Shown in pieces: positions 35,057 to 44,464 of a DNA stretch of 64,000 nt. The stretch is from Rubrivivax sp. (GTDB lineage Bacteria > Pseudomonadota > Gammaproteobacteria > Burkholderiales > Burkholderiaceae_C). The notes beneath the pieces were generated by a model that did no database searches, had not been told where the DNA came from, and saw nothing but the letters and a program-made list of their open reading frames with translations. Both the position numbers and the translations under genes were made by a program. The stretch is taken from the NCBI GenBank assembly GCA_046348125.1, contig JAXMEV010000013.1, positions 23,127-87,126 on the forward strand, read 5' to 3'. Positions within the stretch are counted from its first letter, which is position 1. Each line of letters starts with the position of its first letter.

Positions 35057-36862
35057 TCAGGCCGTGAAGATCCGTTCCGGATCGAAGAGCCTGAGCGTGG
35101 CCAGTTCGGTCGTTGTGATCGGCTCGTGGCTGGCGAGCGCGGGCGACGCCTCGAAGGCCCAGCCGCACGACGCGGCGGCGTCCTGCAGCCGTTGCTCGCG
35201 CGAGCGCGTCGGGCCGCCCGCGGCCAGGCGCGTGAGCGTGAACGCCGCCTCGGGGGCCGGCCTTTCGAACACGCCCAGCTGCGTCACCAGCGTGCGCACG
35301 CGCTGGCCCGACGTGGTGACGTAGGGCACTGCGTGCACCAGCCGCCTGGGCGACGCCGTGCACAGCGCCAGCAGCTCGCTGGCGCCGTTGCCGAGGTCGT
35401 TGGCGCCGCCCGAACCCACCAGGAAGGAGCCGTCGGCCTGGCGCGTCGAGTTGATGTTGCCCAGGCGGTCGATCTGCCCGGCGCCGATCACGGCCAGGCA
35501 GCGGTTGCCCGCGCCGCCGGCGAGCACGCCGAGCACGCTCATGAAGCCGGCATGCATCTTGTTCGTGAACATGTTGCCGACGCTGAACAGGTACGGGTCG
35601 CCCAGGCGCGGAACGTAGCCGAAGAAGCCGGCCTCGGCCATCAGCTCGACGTCGACGCCTTCGGCCTGCAGCGTGGAGACGGCCAGCCAGGCCGCGAGAT
35701 TGGCGACGCCGGCTCCGGCGAGCACCGTCGTGTGGCCGCCCTCGCGCACCCTGCGCGCGATCTCGCGCGCGGCGAGGATGATCATCGTCTCGGCTTCGGT
35801 GCCCTGCGCCTGGCGCGCCAGCGTCGGCAGCCTGGCGTCGAGCGCGGCGCGCCAGGCGCGTGCATCGAAGGCCGCGCGCAAGGCGTCGACGCGCTCGGCA
35901 CCCAGCCGCTCGACGTAGGCGGCATGGTCGGCGCAGCCCAGCACCCAGCGGCCGATCCACTCGTCCAGCGCGGCGTCGCTGCGCGTCGCCTCCTTGAATT
36001 CGCGCCGGAACGCGTAGTCCTCGCCGTAGCCGGCCTCGCCAGGGAGGCCGAAGTTCGTCATCGGTTGCGGATGCGCGCCCAGCGGCGCCACCGACACGCT
36101 GCGCACCCGGTGCGCCGGGATGCGCACCAGATGCGCGTGCCGACGGATGAATTCCGACGACACCAGCTTCTCGACGGTGAGCAGCACGCCGCCGGCGCTG
36201 GCGAAGGCGCCCCAGGCTTCCTCGCCGTAGGGCCCGAGCACGATGGCGTTGCCGCCGGCGTCGGCGGCATAGGCGTGGATCACGGCCAGGTCCGGGCGCA
36301 GGGCCTGCAGCACGCCCACGCGCCGCTCGTCTTCGGCGAACGGGTCGCCGACCTCGCGATAGCCGTTGGCCGGCGTCGCCAGCCCGGTGCCGGTGATCGA
36401 TCGCGTGGGCATGAAGGGCAGGCCCATGGCACCGGCCATCAGGCGCGTGGTGATCGTGAGGTTCGTGATCTCCTCGAGCGTGATGCGCCCCGCGGCCAGG
36501 GCGTCGCGGAACACCCGGTTGGGCCCCGGCATGGGATAGGTGTTGCCGGCGTAGGCGGCCGTCACCCGGTTCACCAGCCGCCCATGGACCATGATCAGGC
36601 CGGCCTCCAGGACGCCGGCGGTGATCAGATGGAACCGCGGGTCGGCGCCCCGGAAGCGCCGGATGATCTCGAAGGCCGCCGCATGCGCGCGCGCGTGTCC
36701 GAAGCCCATGTACAGGCTCATGCCCGGGCGCACGAGTGCGGCCACCGCCGAGGCGAGCGGCATCACCTTGCCGTGCCCGTCTTCTGGCGCCGGCAGCGCC
36801 TCGTGGCGGCGCACGACCGCATCGAAGACCGGCTGGGGGATCGAGTCCGTTGCTGCTGCCAT
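35057..36862 (-). CDS. Fused alpha/beta CoA-transferase (glutaconate CoA-transferase-like)
   Basis: AGAMGLPFMPTRS, ALRPDLAVIHA, GAHP (alpha part); MAEAG, GAGQIDRLGNINST, GSGGAND (beta part). Confidence 0.85.
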   Translation of the reverse strand: MAAATDSIPQPVFDAVVRRHEALPAPEDGHGKVMPLASAVAALVRPGMSLYMGFGHARAHAAAFEIIRRFRGADPRFHLITAGVLEAGLIMVHGRLVNRVTAAYAGNTYPMPGPNRVFRDALAAGRITLEEITNLTITTRLMAGAMGLPFMPTRSITGTGLATPANGYREVGDPFAEDERRVGVLQALRPDLAVIHAYAADAGGNAIVLGPYGEEAWGAFASAGGVLLTVEKLVSSEFIRRHAHLVRIPAHRVRSVSVAPLGAHPQPMTNFGLPGEAGYGEDYAFRREFKEATRSDAALDEWIGRWVLGCADHAAYVERLGAERVDALRAAFDARAWRAALDARLPTLARQAQGTEAETMIILAAREIARRVREGGHTTVLAGAGVANLAAWLAVSTLQAEGVDVELMAEAGFFGYVPRLGDPYLFSVGNMFTNKMHAGFMSVLGVLAGGAGNRCLAVIGAGQIDRLGNINSTRQADGSFLVGSGGANDLGNGASELLALCTASPRRLVHAVPYVTTSGQRVRTLVTQLGVFERPAPEAAFTLTRLAAGGPTRSREQRLQDAAASCGWAFEASPALASHEPITTTELATLRLFDPERIFTA

Positions 36863-36922
36863 GGCGCGATTTCGGGATGACTGTCTCGACTGCCGTGCGA
36901 GTCCGATCGTTGCCCGCCGCCT

Positions 36923-37888
36923 TCAGCCGCCCGCGCCAGCCGCTGCAGCGGGGCGGATGACCTCGGCCGCCGCCTGGCTGGCGGCGGTGTACGGGTCGAC
37001 GCGCCGGCTCGCCAGCGATTCGACGAGCTCGCCGTAGCCGGCCGACGCCTGCAGGCGCGCCATGCCCTGCTCGAACAGGTGCTCGCGCAGCAGCGCGCAG
37101 AAGCGGTCGTGCACGCGTTGCCGCTGCATCCGCTGCCAGCCGTCGTGCTGCTGCAACCGCGCCCGGTGGCGCTCGATCGCCGCCAACAGTTCGTCGATGC
37201 CCTTGCCGCGCGTCGCTTCGGTCTTCAGGACTTCGGGCGCCACCGCCCCGGCCTTCGGTGCGCGCAGGTGCAGCATGGCCTCGAGATCGCGCACCACCAG
37301 GTCGGCGCCCGGCAGGTCGGCCTTGTTGACGACGAAGACGGACGCAATTTCCAGGATCCCCGCCTTGATGGCCTGGATGTCGTCGCCGAGCCCGGGCACC
37401 TGCACGACGAGCGTGGTGTGCGCGAGGCGCACGATGTCGAGCTCGTCCTGGCCGACGCCGACCGTCTCGACGATGACGATGTCCTTGCCCATCGCGTCCA
37501 TCACGTCGACGACGTCGCCCGACGAGCGCGACAGGCCGCCCATGTGGCCGCGCGTGGCCAGGCTGCGCACGAACACGCCGGGATCGCCGGCATGCGGCTG
37601 CATGCGCACGCGGTCGCCGAGGATGGCGCCGCCGGAAAACGGGCTCGAAGGATCGATCGCGACCACGCCGACGCTGCGCCCACGCGCCCGAAACGCCCCG
37701 ACCAGCTGGCTGGTCAGGCACGACTTGCCCGCCCCCGGCGAGCCGGTGATGCCGATCACGTGCGCGCGCCCGGTGTGCGGATAGAGCCGGCGCAGCAGTT
37801 CGCGCGCCTCGGCGATCTCGTCGTCGAGATCGCGCATCAGGCGGGCCGCGGGACCGACCTCGCCGCGCAGGATGGCCGAGACGTCCAC
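36923..37888 (-). CDS. meaB: Mutase-associated GTPase chaperone MeaB
   Basis: GITGSPGAGKS, DPSSPFSGGAILGDRVRM, ETVGVGQ, QAIKAG, NKAD; GTG start inferred. Confidence 0.93.
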   Translation of the reverse strand: MDVSAILRGEVGPAARLMRDLDDEIAEARELLRRLYPHTGRAHVIGITGSPGAGKSCLTSQLVGAFRARGRSVGVVAIDPSSPFSGGAILGDRVRMQPHAGDPGVFVRSLATRGHMGGLSRSSGDVVDVMDAMGKDIVIVETVGVGQDELDIVRLAHTTLVVQVPGLGDDIQAIKAGILEIASVFVVNKADLPGADLVVRDLEAMLHLRAPKAGAVAPEVLKTEATRGKGIDELLAAIERHRARLQQHDGWQRMQRQRVHDRFCALLREHLFEQGMARLQASAGYGELVESLASRRVDPYTAASQAAAEVIRPAAAAGAGG

Positions 37889-37890
37889 GC

Positions 37891-38304
37891 CTAGGGCCTC
37901 ACGAAGTGGTAGGACACGCGGCCGCCGGGCAGGGCTCGGGGCTCCACGCGCAGCGCCATGCCGATCGTCGGGCCGCCGGCGGCGACCTCGGCCGCCAGTT
38001 GGCCGAACACCCGGATGCCGGCGGGGAACTCGACCACCGCCAGCGTGTAGGGCACTTCGTTCTCGAAGCCCGCGGGGCCATAGGCCACGGTGGTGTGGGT
38101 CAGCAGGCGACCGGGGCCCTCGATCGGCTCCCAGGCGAAGGCCTCGCTGCCGCAGCACGGGCAGCCGCTGCGCGGCGGGAAGGCCAGCTTGCCGCAGCCC
38201 GTGCAGCGCGTGGCCATCACGCGGCCCTCGGCGAGGTGGGTCGCGAAGGCCGCCACCTGCGTGTGCGCAACGAAGCTCCGGATGCCGAAGTCGGCGAAGT
38301 TCAT
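37891..38304 (-). CDS. DUF35 Zn-ribbon/OB-fold protein (thiolase partner)
   Basis: RCTGCG..FPPRSGCPCC zinc ribbon then OB fold; ATGA-coupled to the thiolase. Confidence 0.88.
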   Translation of the reverse strand: MNFADFGIRSFVAHTQVAAFATHLAEGRVMATRCTGCGKLAFPPRSGCPCCGSEAFAWEPIEGPGRLLTHTTVAYGPAGFENEVPYTLAVVEFPAGIRVFGQLAAEVAAGGPTIGMALRVEPRALPGGRVSYHFVRP

Positions 38305-39464
38305 GGCCCGTCGCTCCCGAGGATGGTGACGAAGGCATAGATGCCCGGCCCACCCAGGTTGTGCACGAGGCCGATGCGCGCGCCCTCGACCTGGGTGACG
38401 CCCCCTTCGCCGCGCAGCTGGCGCGTGACGGTGCGCAGCTGGCTCAGGCCGGTGGCGCCCACCGGATGCCCCTTGCCGAGCAGTCCGCCGTCGACGTTGA
38501 CCGGAATGCGCCCGCCCAGGCGCGTGTCGCCGGCGCGCAGCAGCGCGACGCCGCCGCCGGCCGGCGCGAAGCCGAGATCCTCGTAGGCGATGATCTCGCT
38601 GATCGTGAAGCAGTCGTGGACGCAGGCGAGGTCGATGTCCTCGGCGCCGACGCCGGCCATGCGGTAGGCCTGCTGCGCGGCGCTGCGGGCGCTGCCGAGC
38701 GACGTGAAGGAGGGACGGTTCGATAGCGTGGCCGAGTCGCTGGCGGCGCCCAGCCCCAGGATCCACACCGGACGATCGCCCAGCCGCCGCGCGGCCTCGC
38801 GCCCGGCGACGATCAGCACCACCGCGCCGTCGGCGTTGGCGCAGCAGTCGAGCATCCTGAGCGGGCTGACCACCGACGCCGACGCCAGCACCTCGTCCAC
38901 CGTGAAGGGCTTGCGGTAGGCCGCCTTGTCGTTGCTCACCGCATAGAGCGAGTTCTTCGCGCGCACTTCGGCCAGATCGGCCTCGCGGGTGCCGTAGGCC
39001 GCCATGTGGGCCTGCGCGAACAGCGCGAAGCCGGCCGGCTGCGTGAGCCCGAAGGGCGACTCCCACATGACGTCGCCGCTGCGGCCCATGCGTTCGGCGA
39101 CCTCGGCCGAAGACAGGTCCGACAGCTTCTGGAAGCCCACCACCGCGACCACTTCGTGCAGCCCCGAGCGGATGAGGCCATAGGCGGTGCGCAGGCCGCT
39201 CGAGCCCGACGAGCACAGCGATTCGACGTTGAACGTCGGCCTGCCGGACAGCCCCAGGCTTTCGGCCACGACGCCGGCCGGGCTGCGCTGGCGGTCGTAT
39301 TCCGAGGCCGAGCAGACCACCAGCGCGTCGATCGCGGCGCCGAGCGCGGCGCGCTCGTGCACCGCCTCGCGAAACGCCGAGAAGCACAGCTCGCCGATCG
39401 AGGCGCCGCTGCGACGCACGAACGGCGTCTGACCGGCGGCGACGATAGCGACTTCCTTTTCCAT
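38301..39464 (-). CDS. Thiolase, SCP2/SCP-x type
   Basis: ESLCSSG (nucleophile Cys), HDCF, GGLLGKGHPVGATG, HNLGG. Confidence 0.9.
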   Translation of the reverse strand: MEKEVAIVAAGQTPFVRRSGASIGELCFSAFREAVHERAALGAAIDALVVCSASEYDRQRSPAGVVAESLGLSGRPTFNVESLCSSGSSGLRTAYGLIRSGLHEVVAVVGFQKLSDLSSAEVAERMGRSGDVMWESPFGLTQPAGFALFAQAHMAAYGTREADLAEVRAKNSLYAVSNDKAAYRKPFTVDEVLASASVVSPLRMLDCCANADGAVVLIVAGREAARRLGDRPVWILGLGAASDSATLSNRPSFTSLGSARSAAQQAYRMAGVGAEDIDLACVHDCFTISEIIAYEDLGFAPAGGGVALLRAGDTRLGGRIPVNVDGGLLGKGHPVGATGLSQLRTVTRQLRGEGGVTQVEGARIGLVHNLGGPGIYAFVTILGSDGP

Positions 39465-39479
39465 GCAGTGGCCTCCTGC

Positions 39480-40370
39480 TCAGCCGGGCAGCTCGGCGAC
39501 GCCCGTGCGCGCGCCGGCCCGGTCGTAGACATACCAGCCGCAGCCGCTCTTGCGGCCCAGCTGGCCGGCCTGCACCTTGCGACGCAGCAGCTCGGGCGGC
39601 CGGAATTTCTCTTCGCCCGTTTCAGCGTAGAGCGCCGCGAGCGCATTGAAGCCCGTGTCGAGACCGACCATGTCGGCCGTCTCGAACGGCCCCATCGGGC
39701 GGCCGAAGCCCAGGCGCATCGCCTTGTCGATGTCGGGCACCGACGCCACCCCGGACTCCACCAGCCGGATGGCCTCGACGTTGCTCGGCAGGTTGATGCG
39801 GTTGAACACGAAGCCCGCGACGTCCTTGTGCACGTGGATGACTTCCTTGCCCAGCGAGCGCACGAAGGCCACCGCGCGCTCGAACGCCGCCTCCGTGGTG
39901 GCCGCGCTGCGGATCACCTCGGCCACCGGCATCAGCGGCACCGGGCTCGTGAAATGCATGCCCAGGCAGCGCTCGGGGCAGGAGGTCGCGGCGGCGATCT
40001 TGCCGATCGGGATCGTCGAGGTGTTGCTCGCCAGGATCGCCGTCGGCCGCGCCAGCCGCTCGAGCGCACGGAAGATCCCCTGCTTGACCTGCAGTTCCTC
40101 GACCACGGTCTCGATGCAGATGTCGCCGCCGGCGCATTGCTCGAGGTCGAGCACCGGCGTGATGCGTGCCAGCACCGCTTCGGACGCGTCGGCAATGCGG
40201 CCCTTGGCATGCAGCTTGGCGGCGGACTCGGCGGTGTTCTTCATGGCCCGCTCGAGCTCCGCTGCGTTCAGGCCCCACAGCCTGACGCGATAGCCGGCCT
40301 GCGCCGCGCATTGGGCGATGCCCTGGCCCATCAGCCCGGCACCGACGACGACCACCAAGTCGGTGTTCAT
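39480..40370 (-). CDS. 3-hydroxyacyl-CoA dehydrogenase
   Basis: GAGLMGQGIA, SNTS, GMHF, GFVFNR, PMGPFETADMVGLD, LGRKSG. Confidence 0.92.
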   Translation of the reverse strand: MNTDLVVVVGAGLMGQGIAQCAAQAGYRVRLWGLNAAELERAMKNTAESAAKLHAKGRIADASEAVLARITPVLDLEQCAGGDICIETVVEELQVKQGIFRALERLARPTAILASNTSTIPIGKIAAATSCPERCLGMHFTSPVPLMPVAEVIRSAATTEAAFERAVAFVRSLGKEVIHVHKDVAGFVFNRINLPSNVEAIRLVESGVASVPDIDKAMRLGFGRPMGPFETADMVGLDTGFNALAALYAETGEEKFRPPELLRRKVQAGQLGRKSGCGWYVYDRAGARTGVAELPG

Positions 40371-42004
40371 CCGCCCTCCTGCGTCACGCGCTTGAAGATC
40401 TCCGCCTCGAGCCGCTTGCGGTCGACCTTGCCGTTGTGCAGCAAGGGCAGCTCGGCGACGTTCTCCACGCGCTCGGGAATCTTGTACTTGGCGAAGCCGC
40501 GGCCGACCAGGTACTCGAAGCAGTCGGACACGCTCATCGTCTGTCCCGCCGCCGGCACGACGAAGGCGCAGACGCGCTCGCCGAACACCGGATCGGGCAT
40601 CTTGACGACCGCGATCTCGCGGATCTTCGGGTGCCCGACCAGCGCCTCTTCCACTTCGGTGGGGCTGATGTTCTGGCCGCCGCGGATGATGATGTTCTTT
40701 TTGCGCCCGACGATGCGCAGATAGCCCTCGGCATCGAGCACGCCCAGGTCGCCCGAGCGGAACCAGCCGTCGGCTCCGAACGAATGATTGCCGTCGCCCC
40801 ACAGGCCGACCGCGCAGTTGGGGCCGCGGTAGACGACCTCGCCGACCTCGCCGGCGGCCAGTGCCGCGCCGTCGTCGTCGGCGATCTTCAGCTCCATGCC
40901 CGCGCACGCCTTGCCCACCGTGTTGAAGACGCGCTCGGCCGGGTCGTCGTACAGGGTGTGGACTGGCGTGCCGCCGTCCAGCGCGCCGTAGGCTTCCATC
41001 AGGCGGCAGCCGAACTTGCGCGCGAACTCGGCCGCCGCCTCGGCGGCGAGCGGTGCGCCGGCGTGGTAGAAGAGGCGCAGCGAGGAAAGATCGAACTCGC
41101 CCAGGCGGGCGCTGTTCATCATCTTGATCATGTGCGTGGGCACGCCGACCGCGACCGTGACGCGCTCGCGCTCGATCAGTTCGAGCGCGGCGTCGGGGTC
41201 GAAGCGCTCGAGCAGCACGTTGCGGCAGCCCGCGATCAGCGAGGCCACGGTGGCCACCGAATAGCCCGTGCCCTGGATCACCGGCGCCACGCCGAGCACG
41301 ACGTCGTCGGGGCGCAGGCGGGCGCGCTCGACGATGTGGTGGCCGAGCGTGAGGAACACGTTGGGCGTGCGCAGCACGAACTTGGGCTTGCCGGTGCTGC
41401 CCGAGGTCGACATCAGGATGTCGATGTCGTTGGCGCTCGGATGGAAGGACAGCAGGTGGCCCGGGGCATGCCGGGTCTCGATCGGATCGGCCAGCATGTC
41501 CTCGAGACAGGCGGCAGCGTCGAACCGGCCGGCGATCGACACCCAATGCGCGACGAAGGGCAGCCGCGCGCGCAGGCCGCGCGCCATTTCGGTGTAGTCG
41601 AAGCCGCTGAAGTGCGCGCAGAAGAAGAAGGCCTTGGCGCCGGTGTCGGTGAGCGCGACCTCGACCTCATGCTCGCGCGCCGTGTAGGCCAGCGGCACCG
41701 GGATGGCGCCGATGCGCGCGCAGGCGAACCGGATGTAGAAGAACTCGACCCAGTTGGGCGTCTGCATGCCGACGCGGTCGCCCGGCCGGATGCCCATCGC
41801 GAGCATGGCCAGCGCGACGCGCTCGGTGGCGCGCTTGAGTTCGGCGAAGCTCACGCGCCGGCGCGCGTCCGAAGCCGCCGTCCGCTCGGGCGTATACGCG
41901 GCGTGGTGGTCGAGATGATCGGCCAGCGTCATGCGGCCCCAGTAGCCGGCCGCGGTGTAGCGGTCGATCATCTCCTGCGTCAGCAGCGAAGGAATCGGCG
42001 TCAT
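40367..42004 (-). CDS. AMP-forming acyl-CoA synthetase (cyclohexanecarboxylate-CoA ligase-like)
   Basis: STSGSTGKPK, YGALD, WFRSGDLG, GRKKNIIIRGG, NGKVDR. Confidence 0.9.
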   Translation of the reverse strand: MTPIPSLLTQEMIDRYTAAGYWGRMTLADHLDHHAAYTPERTAASDARRRVSFAELKRATERVALAMLAMGIRPGDRVGMQTPNWVEFFYIRFACARIGAIPVPLAYTAREHEVEVALTDTGAKAFFFCAHFSGFDYTEMARGLRARLPFVAHWVSIAGRFDAAACLEDMLADPIETRHAPGHLLSFHPSANDIDILMSTSGSTGKPKFVLRTPNVFLTLGHHIVERARLRPDDVVLGVAPVIQGTGYSVATVASLIAGCRNVLLERFDPDAALELIERERVTVAVGVPTHMIKMMNSARLGEFDLSSLRLFYHAGAPLAAEAAAEFARKFGCRLMEAYGALDGGTPVHTLYDDPAERVFNTVGKACAGMELKIADDDGAALAAGEVGEVVYRGPNCAVGLWGDGNHSFGADGWFRSGDLGVLDAEGYLRIVGRKKNIIIRGGQNISPTEVEEALVGHPKIREIAVVKMPDPVFGERVCAFVVPAAGQTMSVSDCFEYLVGRGFAKYKIPERVENVAELPLLHNGKVDRKRLEAEIFKRVTQEGG

Positions 42005-42017
42005 GGCGTCTCGGGCT

Positions 42018-42866
42018 TCAGAATCTGAAGGCGGCACGTGCGGCGCCTTCGAGCAGCTGCGACCTGGCGTCGGGTCTTAGCCCCAGCTGCTCTATCTGCT
42101 CGAGCGAGCCGGGCCAGTCGAGCACCGGAAAGTCGGAGCCGTACATCACCTTGCCGATGCCGCGCCGGGTGTTGAGAAAGGACACCAGCTCGGGCTTCCA
42201 GTAGCGCGGCGCATGCGCGGTGGTGGCGATGTACACGTTGGGGTGCTTCCACGCCACCGCGATCAGCTCCTCCACCCAGGGCCAGCCGGTGTGGGCGCAG
42301 ACGATCCGCAGATCGGGGAAGTCGAGCGCGATCGTGTCGACCAGCATCGGGCGGCCGCACTCGCTGGGCATGGCCTCGGCCGAGTGGCCGATCTGCATCA
42401 CGACCGGCACGTCGAGCTCGGCGCACTTGGCGTAGAAGGGGTAGTAACGGCGATGGTCGACCGGCAGCTCGAAGCCGTAGGGGTGGAGATGGGCGCCGAC
42501 GAAGCCCAGCTCGCGCACCGCGCGCTCGAGCTCGCGCACGCCGGACATGCGCGTGAACGGGTCGATGCCGAACAGCCCGTGCAGCCGCGTCGGGTGCGCG
42601 CGCAGCAGCGCATGGATCTCGTCGGCGCCGAACGACCACTGCATGCGCTGATGGACGAAGGAGCGGATCTGCAGCGCCGGGATCAGCACCTTGTCGATGC
42701 CGTGCCGGTCCATGTCGGCGACGAAGGCGTCGGGGCTGCGGCCGCGCACGCGCTCGGTCAGGCCCCACCACTCGGTCACCTTGCGCTGCTCCTCGTCGTC
42801 GATGTAGCAGCGCCTCATCATCTCGGGCGAGTAGGGCTGATGCCAGATGTCGATCGTTCCGGCCAT
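42018..42866 (-). CDS. Amidohydrolase-2 family protein
   Basis: GFVGAHLHP, YPFYAKCAELDVPV, AHTGWPW, HPNVY, KVMYGSDFP. Confidence 0.88.
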   Translation of the reverse strand: MAGTIDIWHQPYSPEMMRRCYIDDEEQRKVTEWWGLTERVRGRSPDAFVADMDRHGIDKVLIPALQIRSFVHQRMQWSFGADEIHALLRAHPTRLHGLFGIDPFTRMSGVRELERAVRELGFVGAHLHPYGFELPVDHRRYYPFYAKCAELDVPVVMQIGHSAEAMPSECGRPMLVDTIALDFPDLRIVCAHTGWPWVEELIAVAWKHPNVYIATTAHAPRYWKPELVSFLNTRRGIGKVMYGSDFPVLDWPGSLEQIEQLGLRPDARSQLLEGAARAAFRF

Positions 42867-42874
42867 GACCCACC

Positions 42875-43288
42875 TCACCGGCGCGCGCCGAGCTCGGCGA
42901 TGAGGCGCACCGTTTCCGCCAGCGGCACGTCCTGCTCGAAGACGTGGGCCGCGCCGAGCGCCTCGAGTGCCCGCCGGTCCTCCTCCTCGGGGATGAAGCC
43001 GCCGGCGACCACCTTCTTGTCGCCGGCGCCGCGGGCGCGCAGCTCCTGGATCAGCTCGGGCACCAGCGTCATGTGGGCGCCGGAGAGGATGCTGACGCCG
43101 ACCACGTCGACGTCCTCCTGCACCGCGGTCTCGGCGACGTGCGCGACGCGCTGATGCAGGCCGGTGTAGATGACCTCCATGCCGGCATCCTTGAGCGCCT
43201 CGGCGAGGATCTTGATGCCGCGGTCGTGGCCGTCGAGGCCGACCTTGCCCAGCAGCACGCGCATCGTGCGCCTGGCGTTCGTGCTCAT
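42875..43288 (-). CDS. Cobalamin-binding small subunit 2 of acyl-CoA mutase
   Basis: GLDGHDRG, GMEVIYTG, SILSGAH, GGFIP; AAGGAG RBS. Confidence 0.92.
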   Translation of the reverse strand: MSTNARRTMRVLLGKVGLDGHDRGIKILAEALKDAGMEVIYTGLHQRVAHVAETAVQEDVDVVGVSILSGAHMTLVPELIQELRARGAGDKKVVAGGFIPEEEDRRALEALGAAHVFEQDVPLAETVRLIAELGARR

Positions 43289-43332
43289 ATCGAACTCCTT
43301 GACCGCTTGTTGTGTCCGCGCCCGGCCGCCCG

Positions 43333-44091
43333 TCAGCGGGGCACGTAGTTGGTGACGCTCCAGCCGCCGTCGACGACCAGCGTGTGGCCGTTGACGAAGG
43401 CGGCCTCGTCGGAGCACAGGAACCACACCGCGTTGGCGATGTCCTGCGGCCGACCGAGCCGCACGAAGGGCGTGGGCTCGGCCACGAGCCGGCGGTAGTA
43501 GGCGTCGTGGCTCAGGCGCTCCTGCGACAGCTGGGTCGGCACGACCCCCGGAGCGACGGCGTTGATGCGGATGCCGCGCGGCCCGTAGTCGGCGGCCATC
43601 TGGCGCGTCAGGCCGATCAGCGCCGCCTTGCTGGCCGCGTACGGCGCCGAGCCCGGATTGCCGAGGATGCCGAAGATCGATGCCACGTGCACGATCGCGC
43701 CGCGCTCGGGTTCGAGCCTGGGCAGCACGGCGCGCGAATAGCGGAACGCCGCGCGCAGGTTGACGTCGAGGAAGCGGTCCCATTCCGCGTCGCTGGTCTG
43801 GTCGGCCGGCTTGGCGTTGCCGATGCCGGCGTTGTTCACCAACCAGTCGACGCGACCGAAGGCGTCGAGCGCCGCGGCCAGCGCGTCCGCCGGCGCGCTC
43901 GGCGCCGTGATGTCCTGTGCCAGCGTGCGCACGCGCTCCGGCTGCCCGCTGGATGCACGGGCCTCCTCCAGCTCGTCGGCCTTCTGGTCGCAGGCCAGCA
44001 CCCGGGCGCCCGCACGCACGAAGCGCTGCAGCGTCGCGCGCCCGATGCCCTGCGCGGCACCGGTGATGATGGCCACTCCGCTCGTCTGCAC
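43333..44091 (-). CDS. SDR family oxidoreductase
   Basis: TGAAQGIG, NNAG, YAASK, NAVAPG; GTG start with GGAG RBS. Confidence 0.9.
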   Translation of the reverse strand: MQTSGVAIITGAAQGIGRATLQRFVRAGARVLACDQKADELEEARASSGQPERVRTLAQDITAPSAPADALAAALDAFGRVDWLVNNAGIGNAKPADQTSDAEWDRFLDVNLRAAFRYSRAVLPRLEPERGAIVHVASIFGILGNPGSAPYAASKAALIGLTRQMAADYGPRGIRINAVAPGVVPTQLSQERLSHDAYYRRLVAEPTPFVRLGRPQDIANAVWFLCSDEAAFVNGHTLVVDGGWSVTNYVPR

Positions 44092-44265
44092 TCGATCTCC
44101 AGTCCGGGCTCGCGCCTTCAAATGCAAGCACCCCGACGCCACCCGATCGTTGCCCCATCAGCCCGCAGCGCCGTATGCGATATCTGGCTCATACGCGAAC
44201 TGCATGTACACATGTATAGCCGCTTTCTGCCAAGTGACGACGAACAACGGGGCAAGTAGGGCGAG

Positions 44266-44277
44266 TATGTATACATA
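44266..44277. promoter_or_regulatory. Palindromic operator TATGTATACATA (putative GntR site)
   Basis: Perfect 12-bp palindrome upstream of the mutase operon. Confidence 0.65.
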
Positions 44278-44464
44278 TCTGGGTCGCGTCAAGCAGTCCG
44301 CAGCAGTCGACACGACATCATGGGTGGCGCCGCTGCCGGCCCGACCCGGACCAAGTCGCCGGCAGCGACTGCCCCCGCCGGATACGCTGCGCGGCGATGG
44401 GCGATGCGGCCGCTGCCGATGGAAGCGGATTCGGGCCCCGGACGCGCGACGACGTGCGAGCCAC

